A model generated the notes under the pieces. It did no database searches. It was not told the DNA's origin and saw only the letters and a list, made by a program, of their open reading frames with translations. A DNA stretch of 64,000 nucleotides. Origin: Trichoplax adhaerens. Taxonomy: Eukaryota; Animalia; Placozoa. The stretch covers positions 3,014,152-3,078,151 of the forward strand of contig NW_002060944.1 of assembly GCF_000150275.1 (NCBI RefSeq), read 5' to 3'. Below, piece by piece: positions 25,839-37,173 of the stretch. Each line of letters opens with the position of its first letter. Positions within the stretch are counted from its first letter, which is position 1. The translations under genes and the position numbers were made by a program.

Positions 25839-28404
25839 ATGCTGTCTAGTCGTTTACTACTGCTGTTGTTGGCAAGACGAGGAATATCTGCTGTTACAAA
25901 TACTGCCAAATATAGAAGTACCATTGCAAGTTATGATAGCACTATGCGCTGCTTAACTAGTGTCAATAAATATGAATTTTTACTAAAGTTTTACCCTCGC
26001 ACACTTACAACAGATCTATTCCAGGATAGCCAATTGCACGATGAATTACAACGATTAACAAATTGTGCATCTATTTTACAATTTATTAAACGAAATAAAC
26101 AATTCTACGATCCTGCTACAATAGTACTATCATTCTCCAAACTTCGTCACAACATGGATAACTCCTATTCACTTTATAATCAAAAGGATTTCCAAAATTT
26201 ATGTCAATTAACTTGTCAGAAATTAACTTTATTAAATGACGATGAATTTATTTCTCTATCATCATCCTTAGCAGGTTTTATCAATAAGAATCGATTTATT
26301 ACCGATAAGAGTGTGATGCGATTATTTATTGATATCCATACAAATGCGGCCCAACGATATCCATCTTTTAGTAACAGCCAACTCTCTCATATGGCATGGT
26401 GTCTTATACAGTATTCCACGATACCTAAATTAAATAATAAACTCTATTTAAATCAGCTGGTAGCAGTGGTGGAAAAAAGAGTCACAAGCTTTAATAATCC
26501 AGTTCATATCGCTAATTTAATGTGGGCATTATCAAAAGATCAATTAAACATAGACATTTTTCAACAGTTACAACAACAAGCAATCAATAACATTAATAAA
26601 TTTAATCCAATCAGTATATCCATGGTATGTTATTCGCTGGCTTTATTCGGGGATAGATCGGAACAACTGTTGACGGCAATTGAAAATAGAATGCTAGCAA
26701 TAATTAATTTATTAGATCCACAAAGTATCGCAAACATTGCTTGGGCTTTCGCAAAGTTAAACTGGTTCAATGATGAAATCTTTGGATTCATTCAAAAACG
26801 TACATTAGACAATATTGGCAAGAGAACGTTACGACCACAGTCAATTTCTAACATCATTTGGGCCTTTGCAAGCATGAATTATGATGATCAGCAATTATTT
26901 ACTGCTGGTTGTTTGCATTTCTTACATAATCATCAGCATTATAATATAGACGACCTATGTCAGTTAATTTATTCACTGGGGAAGATGAATTTTAAACTGG
27001 AATTACCAGCCAGTAAAAAATTCTTCCCAATCGTTATTCAACGATTAGAAGATCTGATGAAGCGACAAAATCGCTACACTCCTAAATTTTATAAGCAAGT
27101 TATTAGTGCAACTTGGTCACTGATAATAATGGAACAATTTCCACCTCGATTAATATCTAAAATTCTCTCCGATCAATTTATAGAAGGTAAAGATATTATA
27201 AAATAGGCATTTATCGCTATTGCATATGTCTGCTATTATGAAATTTTTCAAAAATTGTCGCCATATGTAACTAAATCATTAATGGAATAATACTAGCATG
27301 CAGTCCTCTACTTTTATCATAAATCAATAATATCATAGGTGATACAGTATACATTACAGTAATAACAATGTTGATGATTTTAAGGTTGATATAATAATAT
27401 TTAATTGAGTCTACTTCGTTTGCTAGATGCAACTCCATATATTTCACAAATAGAAGCAACTCAGTTATATCAAATAGATTTAGCCACAATATTAGAATCA
27501 GGCGATTCAAGCATCCAATGTTTATCGCCTGTAAATAAAAGGAAATTTGTTCAAGCGTTTTGTGCCGTTACTACCTCATTGTCGTCATTGGAACAAAATG
27601 TTGTGCCTGCCATTCACCAATTTGTAGGTGGAGATAGATATTACAGGTTACAAGTTGCAACGCCATTTGGATATAGCATCGATATTGAGCTACTATTAGA
27701 CAAGGATAAAAATCTAATGCCTATCAATGAGATTCTTCCTGCAGCGACATCAACAGGCGATAACATCGAGATGAAGATAACCAACCTGATAACAAAAGTA
27801 GTCACGGAATCCATGTTAGTATATGCGAATGATATAAGTATTGTAGATTACTGCATCAGTTTTCGCATTCTTCCGATTCTGCAAAAAGATACTCCAAAAG
27901 GAGTCATTGAACTAGTTTCGTTACTGATGTTATACCGATATTCTTACTTAGATAAACTGTCATTATGTTACNNNNNNNNNNNNNNNNNNNNNNNNNNNNN
28001 NNNNNNNNNNNNNNNNNNNNNNNNNNNNNNNNNNNNNNNNNNNNNNNNNNNNNNNNNNNNNNNNNNNNNNNNNNNNNTATATACATTAATACTTGTATAC
28101 TGTATATACGAGTAGGACTCATCTTGACTATGAAAGAATTGCAATTGAAATCGATGGTCCAGTTCATTTTGCGTACAAATCCAATCGATATTTAGGTCAT
28201 ACCATTATGAAAACTAGACATTTGTCATTATTAGGCTGGCATGTTATAAGGGTGAGTTATAAGTAGTTTGTAATTTTCGATAATCGCATTGACAATTTAA
28301 TCTCGAATTTTTTATTATTTCAGGTTCCGTACTATGAATGGAATAAATTAAATGATCTCCCTGAAATTGACCGATATCTGAAAGAGAAGTTATTTCAGCA
28401 GTGA
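25839..28404 (+). CDS. FAST kinase domain / RAP-domain protein B (FASTKD-like), probably 4 exons, assembly gap inside
   Basis: Presequence-like start MLSSRLLLLLLARRGISAV; 36-39 aa repeats such as PQSIANIAWAFAKL and PQSISNIIWAFASM; GYSID; RAP exon RIAIEIDGPVHF...TIMKTRHLSLLGWHVIR; last exon VPYYEW...KLFQQ* with stop at 28402-28404. Confidence 0.9.
27972..28077. other. Assembly gap (N run)
   Basis: Run of n characters. Confidence 0.99.
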
Positions 28405-29003
28405 TCAAGATCTTATCTTACATGAACATTAATAAGTACGAATACTAATTGGAGATAGAGTTACTTCGATGGACTTCATGTACACTTGGATCGTCAATTA
28501 AATCAATATCTGCATATGCTGGCATACACCGTATGTCGCATTCATTTATAATGTGAATATGGTGTATTAATCATACTTAAGTGTTTATTCCGACAAAAAT
28601 AAAACCATTGTTACAAAAATTCAAGATTTTTTAATATTGTCCATCAACTGCATTATACTGTATCTGATTTAATTTATATTGAATAGCATAGGATAACAAG
28701 TCATAATACGTTTTAATAATTTTTTTTTTTCAAATTTAGCATTAGTTTTTAAAAGTGCTAGTAATCAGAGCTCTACATACAAGCCAATAAAATTGCAATT
28801 TTAAGAGAACGTCAGCTCAACATGTTTCGTGACGTCAATCATAAGTATAGTGTAATTATATGTAGCATAGCATATAGGGAGAACTATGCTCTGCAGAGTA
28901 ATAACTAAATTCTGCTCAGAACAAGTTCGATATTTAAATGATGCACAAAGTTGCCTATAATAATCAATTTGTTCTGATTTTAAATAAACAGCAACCAATA
29001 TGG

Positions 29004-31202
29004 CTAGTTCTCACGGTTAATGTTCATAGGACCATCGCCAAATATCTTCCGTTTCATATATTGCTTGCGTTCATCATCGGTGTTAAGTTCTTCCCAATCA
29101 AAGTATGGTACCTACGCAAGTTTATTCATTCCATTTAAAATGGGAAAGGGCAATTAAGAACTATTATAAACATTAAAAATACCTGAACAACGGTCCAACC
29201 TAAAAGTCTCAATTGCCGATGCTTCATTTTAGATTCACCAATTAGTTTTGTTGAATTATGAAGAAAGTGATATGGCCCATCAACTTCAATAGCTATCCTT
29301 TTGTAGTGGGTTGGCCTACGTAGATGTATAAGAGAAAATATAAACGCTAACATCCTAGCTAATAGGGTATCATTTTGTACAGGTGATATTTACTTATTTT
29401 TGCTGCGAAGGACATTAACTTTCGGTTCCTGTAAAACGTTGTTCAAATCTGTCATAATTGCAAGATCAACACTATAACCATATGCAGTCTTGAATTCCTT
29501 CCAATAATAGTGCGATCCATCAAATAGGTATTCCAAAGTTCTTTGAACATTATGTTGAAAGACAGATCCTTTTGTAGAAAATTTTTTGAGTGGTTTCAGA
29601 AAGTGGTTTCTATGCGAATGGGATAAACCTTGTAATTGCAGTTCAGGTCTTTCCAGTTTAGCGGCTAAATCAATCTGAAACATTTGCACTTGGATAGCAC
29701 CAGTACCAAAACTATGAATCTCTATAAATTACAGAAAAATAGCCACGACCATGATTAAAAAGATAATAGTAAAAAGGGAGCCATGGCGAAGTATTGCCAT
29801 AAATATTATTATCTACGCGTACATTAAGGTTAACGATCGTATCCTACTAACCTGAAACAATTTTTTCATTGAACAATGCATTAATTGCTCGATGAGGAAA
29901 GGTATCCAAGATAATTAAAGACCAAATGGATGTAACAATGGGTGGAATAATCATATTAGGGGTAGACTTTATGTAATATTCGATTTTAGATATTAATTTT
30001 CGTAATAATGCAGGTTCAGGTAAATGATTCCACCTAGCAAATACATATAAAATATCGCCAATAGATTGTATCGAGAATTCATAGAGTGCTCCTTTATCGG
30101 TCAGGTGAAGTCCAATTGCATCAGCTAAATCTTTATTATAATATCGTAAGCTTGAAAGAGCACGAGCAATCTGGCTAACAGAATAAGTACTCATATTATT
30201 GATATTTTTAATTACATAGTTTGAAATTTTTTCAAAGAGGTCTTCAACAACTAATGGGCGATAAGTAAACGACCTCATCAAAGACAGTACATGCTCTTCA
30301 GATAAGCCGTCTAAGTCTAGATGAGCGGCACGTTGTCCAAGCATTTCTCGAAGTTCTGGGCAGCGTCGATTTAATCGATGAAAAGCATTACAAACATCGC
30401 AGATTTGTTCAATAGAAAGTTCATTGAAGTGGTTGGCTATCCAGCTTTCAAGTTTACCAACAACTGATGATTTAATGCCATAGTGAGCAAAGACAGTAAA
30501 ACTACGCATCAACAATTGCACATCCTTTCCTTCATGAATAATAGGTATTAGCATATTTACAAGTTGCTCATTGATCACTTTTAGTTTTAATCTTGATCCT
30601 ATTTTTAATTCAAGAATAACTAATAAATCCAAAATAGTTAAGGATTCAATACGACGCTCTAGCGTCAGTATAATGTGATTTGATAACTGTCCCAATTGAG
30701 CACTGAGTGTGTCGCCTATAAGAGATTGAATTTTTAGAGCACATTTTAACAATTGCAATAATTCATCTGTATTGAAATGACCAGCCTTTCGTTTCGCAAA
30801 ATCACATAATAAATTAAATTTAGGATTATTTGGTAGCGCGGTAACAATTCTCAAACTGGATGTACGGCTTGCATTAGCATAAATTTGATCCAATGAAGCA
30901 ATTACATCACTACAACCATATCGATACTGATATTTAAAAAACAGATTTAAAACACTAATGACTGTTTTACATTTCTTGATATCTTCGAAGGGAGCTAATG
31001 AATTTGGTTTGGTATTCGTATCGTTGTTGTCAGCCTCTTTGAGTAAGGTGTTAGCATAATAACGTTGCCATTTCAATAAATGCCCTTGCAATCTTGGATT
31101 GTTATCATAATTATAGATGCTGCTCAAGTTGAAGGTGATTTTAGGTAAGCTATTATATGAATATCTGGCGATGCGCCCAATTATTCGTTGTAACTGATTC
31201 AT
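29004..31202 (-). CDS. FAST kinase domain / RAP-domain protein C (FASTKD-like), 4 exons
   Basis: Presequence-like start MNQLQRIIGRIARYS; helical repeats; exon 2 has GYSVD; RAP exon RIAIEVDGPYHF...KMKHRQLRLLGWTVVQ; last exon VPYFDW...NINREN*. Confidence 0.9.
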
Positions 31203-32019
31203 ATTTTAATTTGAAACTGGGATTGTACCATTTGATTGATAAGGTGCAAAAGTGGGTACTATCGTCAGGTCAAGTAGAGAATTGCAAAAGGCAACAATCA
31301 CTAATGTTAATGCTTAATCAAGCACAGTACCTTGAGTGTACAAGTGATCCTTGTGATGTGATGGCCATGTTCTTGATGAATCGGTGTTTACCAGTATTTG
31401 CAGATGAATGATTGATGACTATGATTGGTTAGAGCTTGAATATAGTACCTTCCAATTCAGCCAATGGATTTCAATCAATACAAGAGTATACAGGTTTTGG
31501 ATGATTATTATTTACTTTCCTCTTGCACGCTACCTTTGCCAACTTTCAACTTATAGGCACCATTCACTCACCATTCAATCTAGTCTTGGTCTCCACTGTA
31601 GCAAAGGTCCAATGAATAGCAAATGGCAATAAACTCGCTTACAGCTATTACCAATATTACGTGACTAAGAGTAATGGTTGCTGTACCTTTGAATCATCAA
31701 TAAATCGACAAGAAAGGATGCTGTTGACTCCGTAGTAAGTGGAGGTCTGGCGAGGTTTGCACTTGTGTCAATTGGATGTCTGCTAGGATGGCAAGTTTTC
31801 CTTGTGCCAACGGCCTAAAACGTATTATTTTACCATTCAAAGAGTTCTTTCCACCTTGAGCTACCTCGGAGAGAGTGTGGCCGCAATAAGTAGAACGTCG
31901 ATTAATGAATTTGGAGCTAAACCAAAAGAAGTTTGGATGTACACTCCATTTGCATGTAAAAGATGAAAGAAGATTGTGGGAATGCAGTGCGGCAATTTGT
32001 CATCGTCTTCCAGGTCGAG

Positions 32020-33190
32020 CGGTGCGAAACGGTACGGTACAGTATAGTAGTACGAACCGGTCCAGCCTCGATGTCTCCATACAGTAGTACTGTACTGTAC
32101 TGGATGTCCCTCATTGAGCATCATCCAGTACAGTACTGTACAGACATCGGGCTCGAGATGGACCAAGCGTACCGTACCGTACCGTATCGTACCGTGATGA
32201 CAGTCACTGGTCACTGTCTACTGTACACTCACTCAGTGAGTGTACAGTGTCTAGTGTCCAGTCTATTTTGGAACACGTGTGATTTCAGGCTCTACAGTGT
32301 ACAGTAGAAGAGGTTTACAGTATACAGTACTGTACAGCACAAGAGTCAACAGTACTACACATGGTCGCGTATTCAATGAGAATGTGGCATGTGGCTGGAC
32401 AGTGGTCAGATGTCAGCAACTGCCCAAATAGGGTACAGTACTTGTATTGTACAGTGTACTGTACACTGTACACTGTACACTGTACTGTCAGCAGAAATGA
32501 ATCATTCAACAAGTGCCTGCTGCCTGCTTTGAGTACTGTATGCCAAGCATAAATTACAGATTCTGGGGCGTGATACAGTAAATTGGATATTCCAATTTTG
32601 CATCAATTTGTACCAAATAGATGTACCAAATTGATCGCAAATCTACGTGTCGTGCTACTAGTACGACCAGTAGACTAGGACTACTAGTACCACTAGTAGA
32701 CTACTTACTAGTACCACCAGTAGAACCACCAGTAGACTACTTACTAGTACAGTACAGTGTACCACCAGTAGACTACAGTAGTACTCCTAGTACCAAGTAC
32801 TGTAGACTAGTACTACTTGTACTGTACTGTACAGTACTGTACCACCAGTCTACAGTACTACAGTACTACAGTACAGTATTATACTGTACTGTACGGTTGG
32901 CAATTTTCAACGCACCTTTTTATCGACTTGGAAATTTGGACAGTACTGTACAGTACACTGTACTGTACGACTACTGTACTCAGTACTGTACAACCAAAAT
33001 GATGAAATCGGCAGCTCCGACCCTACAGTACTGTACCGTACCTTACAGTGATATGTACTGTAGTCAACGGACTTTCAACTGTAGCTTGGGTCCACAACAG
33101 ATACACGACATACAGTACACTACTGTCTACACTACTGTATGTGACATGCCAACTCAACCCTAGTATTGCCACTGTAGCCCCCTTTCGCCG
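32020..33190. promoter_or_regulatory. Divergent FASTK-C/ATP8 intergenic low-complexity TACAGTAC/TAGTAC tract with nested inverted repeats (putative bidirectional promoter)
   Basis: About 1.1 kb dominated by tactgtacag, gtaccgtacc and tagtaccacc motifs, with hairpins at 32029-32180 and 32220-32248. It lies between head-to-head genes. Confidence 0.5.
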
Positions 33191-33294
33191 ACGGTAAGTA
33201 AACCTGCGACTCGCTTGGACTGCGATTGAAATCGCCATCTTGCTTCCATATTTCATCTTATCTTTCCTGGTTTACAATCAACTAGCGAAAGAAC

Positions 33295-34154
33295 ATGGTA
33301 CGAATTGAACCTGTGAAATGCTTCCATGCTATCAAGTTTGAACCACTAAATTCATTTTTGATTCATTTTATTACAGCTATATAATTCCAGAATTCTGTCC
33401 AGTATCCTTCGTAATGGCCGCATCGCTGGCCTAATCAATGTAAGTTCATGGTGTTGGTACAGTACAAGGCAAATGTTGTCAAAATGTCTTCTGTCAACCA
33501 GATGCGTTACTAGCAGATTTGAGATAGTTCACTATTCTTTCTATATGTACAGTTGTATACCATCATCTTATCATGAATGACAACTTGTGCTGTTTGTTAC
33601 CGTCAAATTCTCTTCAATTCAATATTAGGGAGCCCAGCGTCATCACTCAACTGGTGCACCTCTCGCTATTCGATCATTAGCCGCTCCAGTCCATGATAGG
33701 CAAAGTAAAAAATACATTTCAAATCATACATACCTTGACTACGATAAATAGCTTTTGGGGCTAACTCTTTTTTTGGATAGAATCCTATTTTCTGTCATAT
33801 GAATATTGAATAATAATCGTTCATATGTCATTCTACTGCAATCTTAAAAAGATATACAATCCAATCTTCTTTTCGCTAGACAATTTACAATGGGTTAGAA
33901 ATTTACAAACAACCAGTATCAGACAGTCTGGTATGCCACAACTGGACGTCCCAACTTTTATGCATCAATATGCCTCCTTTTGCCTCTGTCTTTACATATT
34001 ACATGCCATCATAGCAAGGAAAGTCCTTCCCAGGTATTTGCAAGGTCAGAAAATCCGACAATTCGCTGCTGCTAATGCAACTGCTGGAACTGTCGAAAAG
34101 TCCCAGTCAGTTAAAAAAGGCATGGAAACTATGAAGAAGATTTTAGAGCAATAA
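33295..34154 (+). CDS. ATP8: Nuclear-encoded mitochondrial ATP synthase F0 subunit 8 (A6L) precursor, 138 aa; exons 33295-33297, 33377-33439, 33629-33704, 33880-34154
   Basis: Three GT-AG introns splice in frame (phases 0,0,1) to give M|LYNSRILSSILRNGRIAGLIN|GAQRHHSTGAPLAIRSLAAPVHDRQ|NNLQWVRNLQTTSIRQSG-MPQLDVPTFMHQYASFCLCLYILHAIIARKVLPRYLQGQKIR...KKILEQ*. ATP8 hallmarks present: MPQLD (33933), T-F..QY, one TM helix, LP..(K)xR and a basic tail. AATAAA at 34308. Confidence 0.85.
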
Positions 34155-34966
34155 CAATTGTACTTCAATATATTGTACTTATAGTTACGTACTTTGCTAA
34201 CGTTCTAGCTTTAGATCGTTACAGTCAATGCAAAATGTTTTTTCTAACTGTGCTTGATATTGTTATGATGTAAATCCTGCAAGGGATGCATTGCCCAAAT
34301 GGGCCTTAATAAAAAAGACAATCGATGAGTAAGAACTTCCCTTCGTGTAGTAGTTTGCTTAAATGGCTTAGTTCAAATTGTGGTATAATACTTCCAAACG
34401 TCAATATTAGTTATCTTTAACATTCCACTTTCTATGCAACTTTCTTACTCTTATGGTTGCGTTACTGTGATATAATGCAGCAACCACAAAGTTGCAGACG
34501 ATTTTCAGTGTTGTAAGTAATCGGTCGACTCGATACTCCACAGTAATGGCAATTTCAGTCCATACTATTGAGTACTTTCGATTTTTGTACTTGAACTAAT
34601 GCATAGTAATATTTAAAGTACTGCAGCAATTCACCATTAAGAATTTGCATGGTTAAACTCTTCAAGTGGTAAAAGGTACCCTTTACATAATTACTAAAGG
34701 GGATCAATATCCAGCAATAAATAGTAACTTGTGGTTAAGTTTAAATAATAATACTAAACGATGTATATTAGCAATAGGGTCCAATTTCCTATCAATATAT
34801 CGTACAACAACTGCCGTGACAGTGTTGTATGCATTGCGTTGTATCGAGTATAGCAAAGCAGGTTTATTTCTTTCAGTAATAATGAATTATACAGTATTTA
34901 CATCCCAACGAGATAATCATAATCTCATAACACATTTTTAGGACAAAAAGAACCAAATATTGTTTG

Positions 34967-37173
34967 TCACCACCAAAAACTAACAGAAAAACTAATATCC
35001 AAAGACCGCACATAATGCCAACAACGGGGCGGAATATAAAGTAATTGTCCTGGCTCTATGATGCATTCTAGATACTCAGCATTCGCGAAATTCGGATAAT
35101 TTTCAAAATTAGGAAATTCCACATCCACCTGCAATACAATACTTAGCAGTTAGTTTGGTAACTAATTAGTCAAAATTTTTTTACAAATCAATCGGAAGTA
35201 TTTTATTTGAGCAGATCAATGTCTAACCTGACTAGTATTTGATAACAGCTTAGTAGGATATGGATACACATTCTCAGATTCATGCTCAGGATACAAACGT
35301 ATGTACTTTCTACCCATAACCTATCAATGCGCATATATCTTCATCAGTAACAGCACAAAAATTATAAAGTAACTGCAATAACTACACGTATACGAGTAGA
35401 ATAAATTAATGACATAGCTTAGTCACAGCTGCCATCTACGTAAATACAATAAAGAGCAAAAAAATGGAATAACCTGAGCGAATAAATTATGATATGGATC
35501 ATGATGAAGCGGAGAAATTGTGCCTTGAGGCCCAAACCAAGCATTTGTTAAAACTGTTGCATCTACGTCGTCGTTGTTGTCGTCAATAATGCAACAATAA
35601 TCTGGAACACAGATGTCTGTTCTTAGTTCTGGAATCTGCGCTTAGTCATAGATATGAATTTATAAGAAACAATTTTTGGTAACTTAGCATTAAATAGTGT
35701 TCAAGTAGAAGATATAGAAATTAGTAGATCCTATTTCGTGTTTGAAGTATAGAATAAATATTACTAGTAGATTAAAATCAATCAATTAGCCCAGTAATAA
35801 TCCAATAATATATAGAGCAATAAACGCAAGTTGATGGCATAGTCTAGTGCTTTAATGATATGTTTAAATATGCTAAGTACTGTAAATTGAAATTTATTGA
35901 ATATTTTTGTGACGACCTGTTCAAAAAGTTGATGTTGTGCAAGATAACCGGATTCCTGATTGGATTCCTACATATGTTGATTTTGTTGAAATAATTAACA
36001 TCTTAATGTTTTATTATCAGAAAAGATACCCTATACTATATCAATAAATTATTGCTACTAGAGCGAAAATTTTTAAAACAATTACAAACCATAGTAATGA
36101 ACTCATCGATAAACTTAGATAATGGCATCAGCTTTTGCGTCCAACTATCGTCAGTATATCTAGTTCCGATTTCAATTGGCACTGTCCTATGGCCAGCAAT
36201 ATCTTTTAAGCGTTGTATGCTTAATATTGCCATTTAGAAATAAAAAATTTCTATGGTTATAGAGCATTTACTTTAAACTCTATAAAAATAACTGTTTGGA
36301 TTCTTTACCTCCATCTTCTAGCTCCTAAAGCTGGCCAATGATCAATAACATCAGTTAGTATTACAGGCTCCTTCGTACAGAAATAATGTTTTCTAAAGTA
36401 GTCCAATGAAGGACAACTTAATTGTGTAATTTGCCTTTGAGGATCGACTGCAACGTGCTTCCTCCTTTTATATCGATCTAAATAACTCTGCGTCAACAGA
36501 AATTGAGGTTAGCAGAATTAGTAGCTAACAGAAGAAATTCCAATAAACACAATATCCCACGATGCATCAGATATTCTTAAAGTCGAAATGAAGTCAATTT
36601 CATTAATTATAGGACAACAACAAAAGTAGTATAACTTATACTCGAAACGATTGGTATATTCTAAGTTAAATGCATCATATTTACATCATCACTATCGTCA
36701 TTACGGTGATGATCACCAGCATTAGCAAGAGCGTCATCAATGCTCGTAGTCTGTTTGCATGGATGTATGCGTGCGGCGGCTGCTGATATAATATCGTTCA
36801 AGATATTATCTAATATCGGAGCACCCATAAGCAGGCCATAATCTGAAGCATGTATGCACTGTTCCAACTTTCCCATAGCATAGTAGGCTGCAGCTTTATA
36901 AATTGCTCCATAAGTATAAACCTTTCTCCATATCACAGGTACTTCCTTCCAATCACCAGTATTGAGCATTTCCCAGACAATATCAAGAACACATTGGGCT
37001 AGTTGTAAACAACTCTCGAAACGTTCCTCTTTAAAACGCTGCGAGCATATCAACAGGATATCCAATATTCTTTGTCCGCCATAATCCGTTACATTTTTGA
37101 ACTTGTTAATAGTAATTTCTATCTCCTTATCATCTTGCAATCGATGGAAAATTTGCTTCGGTAATGCCGACAT
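34967..37173 (-). CDS. KDM8: JmjC domain-containing protein 5 (KDM8/JMJD5) 2-oxoglutarate oxygenase, multi-exon
   Basis: Motifs [90 protein letters not shown] (HxD) and [21 protein letters not shown]. Confidence 0.96.

Noticed and set aside
31861-33256. Many overlapping Y/C/T/V/S-rich ORFs (also at 16218-16906)
   Set aside because: They are translations of stop-poor TACAG/TACTG low-complexity DNA on both strands, with no protein features.
33825-33879. ORF-track start MSFYCNLKKIYNPIFFSL for the ATP8 ORF
   Set aside because: This is intron sequence ending in a pyrimidine tract and AG at 33878-33879. The real N-terminus comes from upstream exons.
33933-34154. Interpreting the ATP8-like segment as a dead NUMT
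   Set aside because: It has an intact frame in the standard code, an in-frame intron-split presequence and a polyA signal, and no adjacent mtDNA-like sequence.
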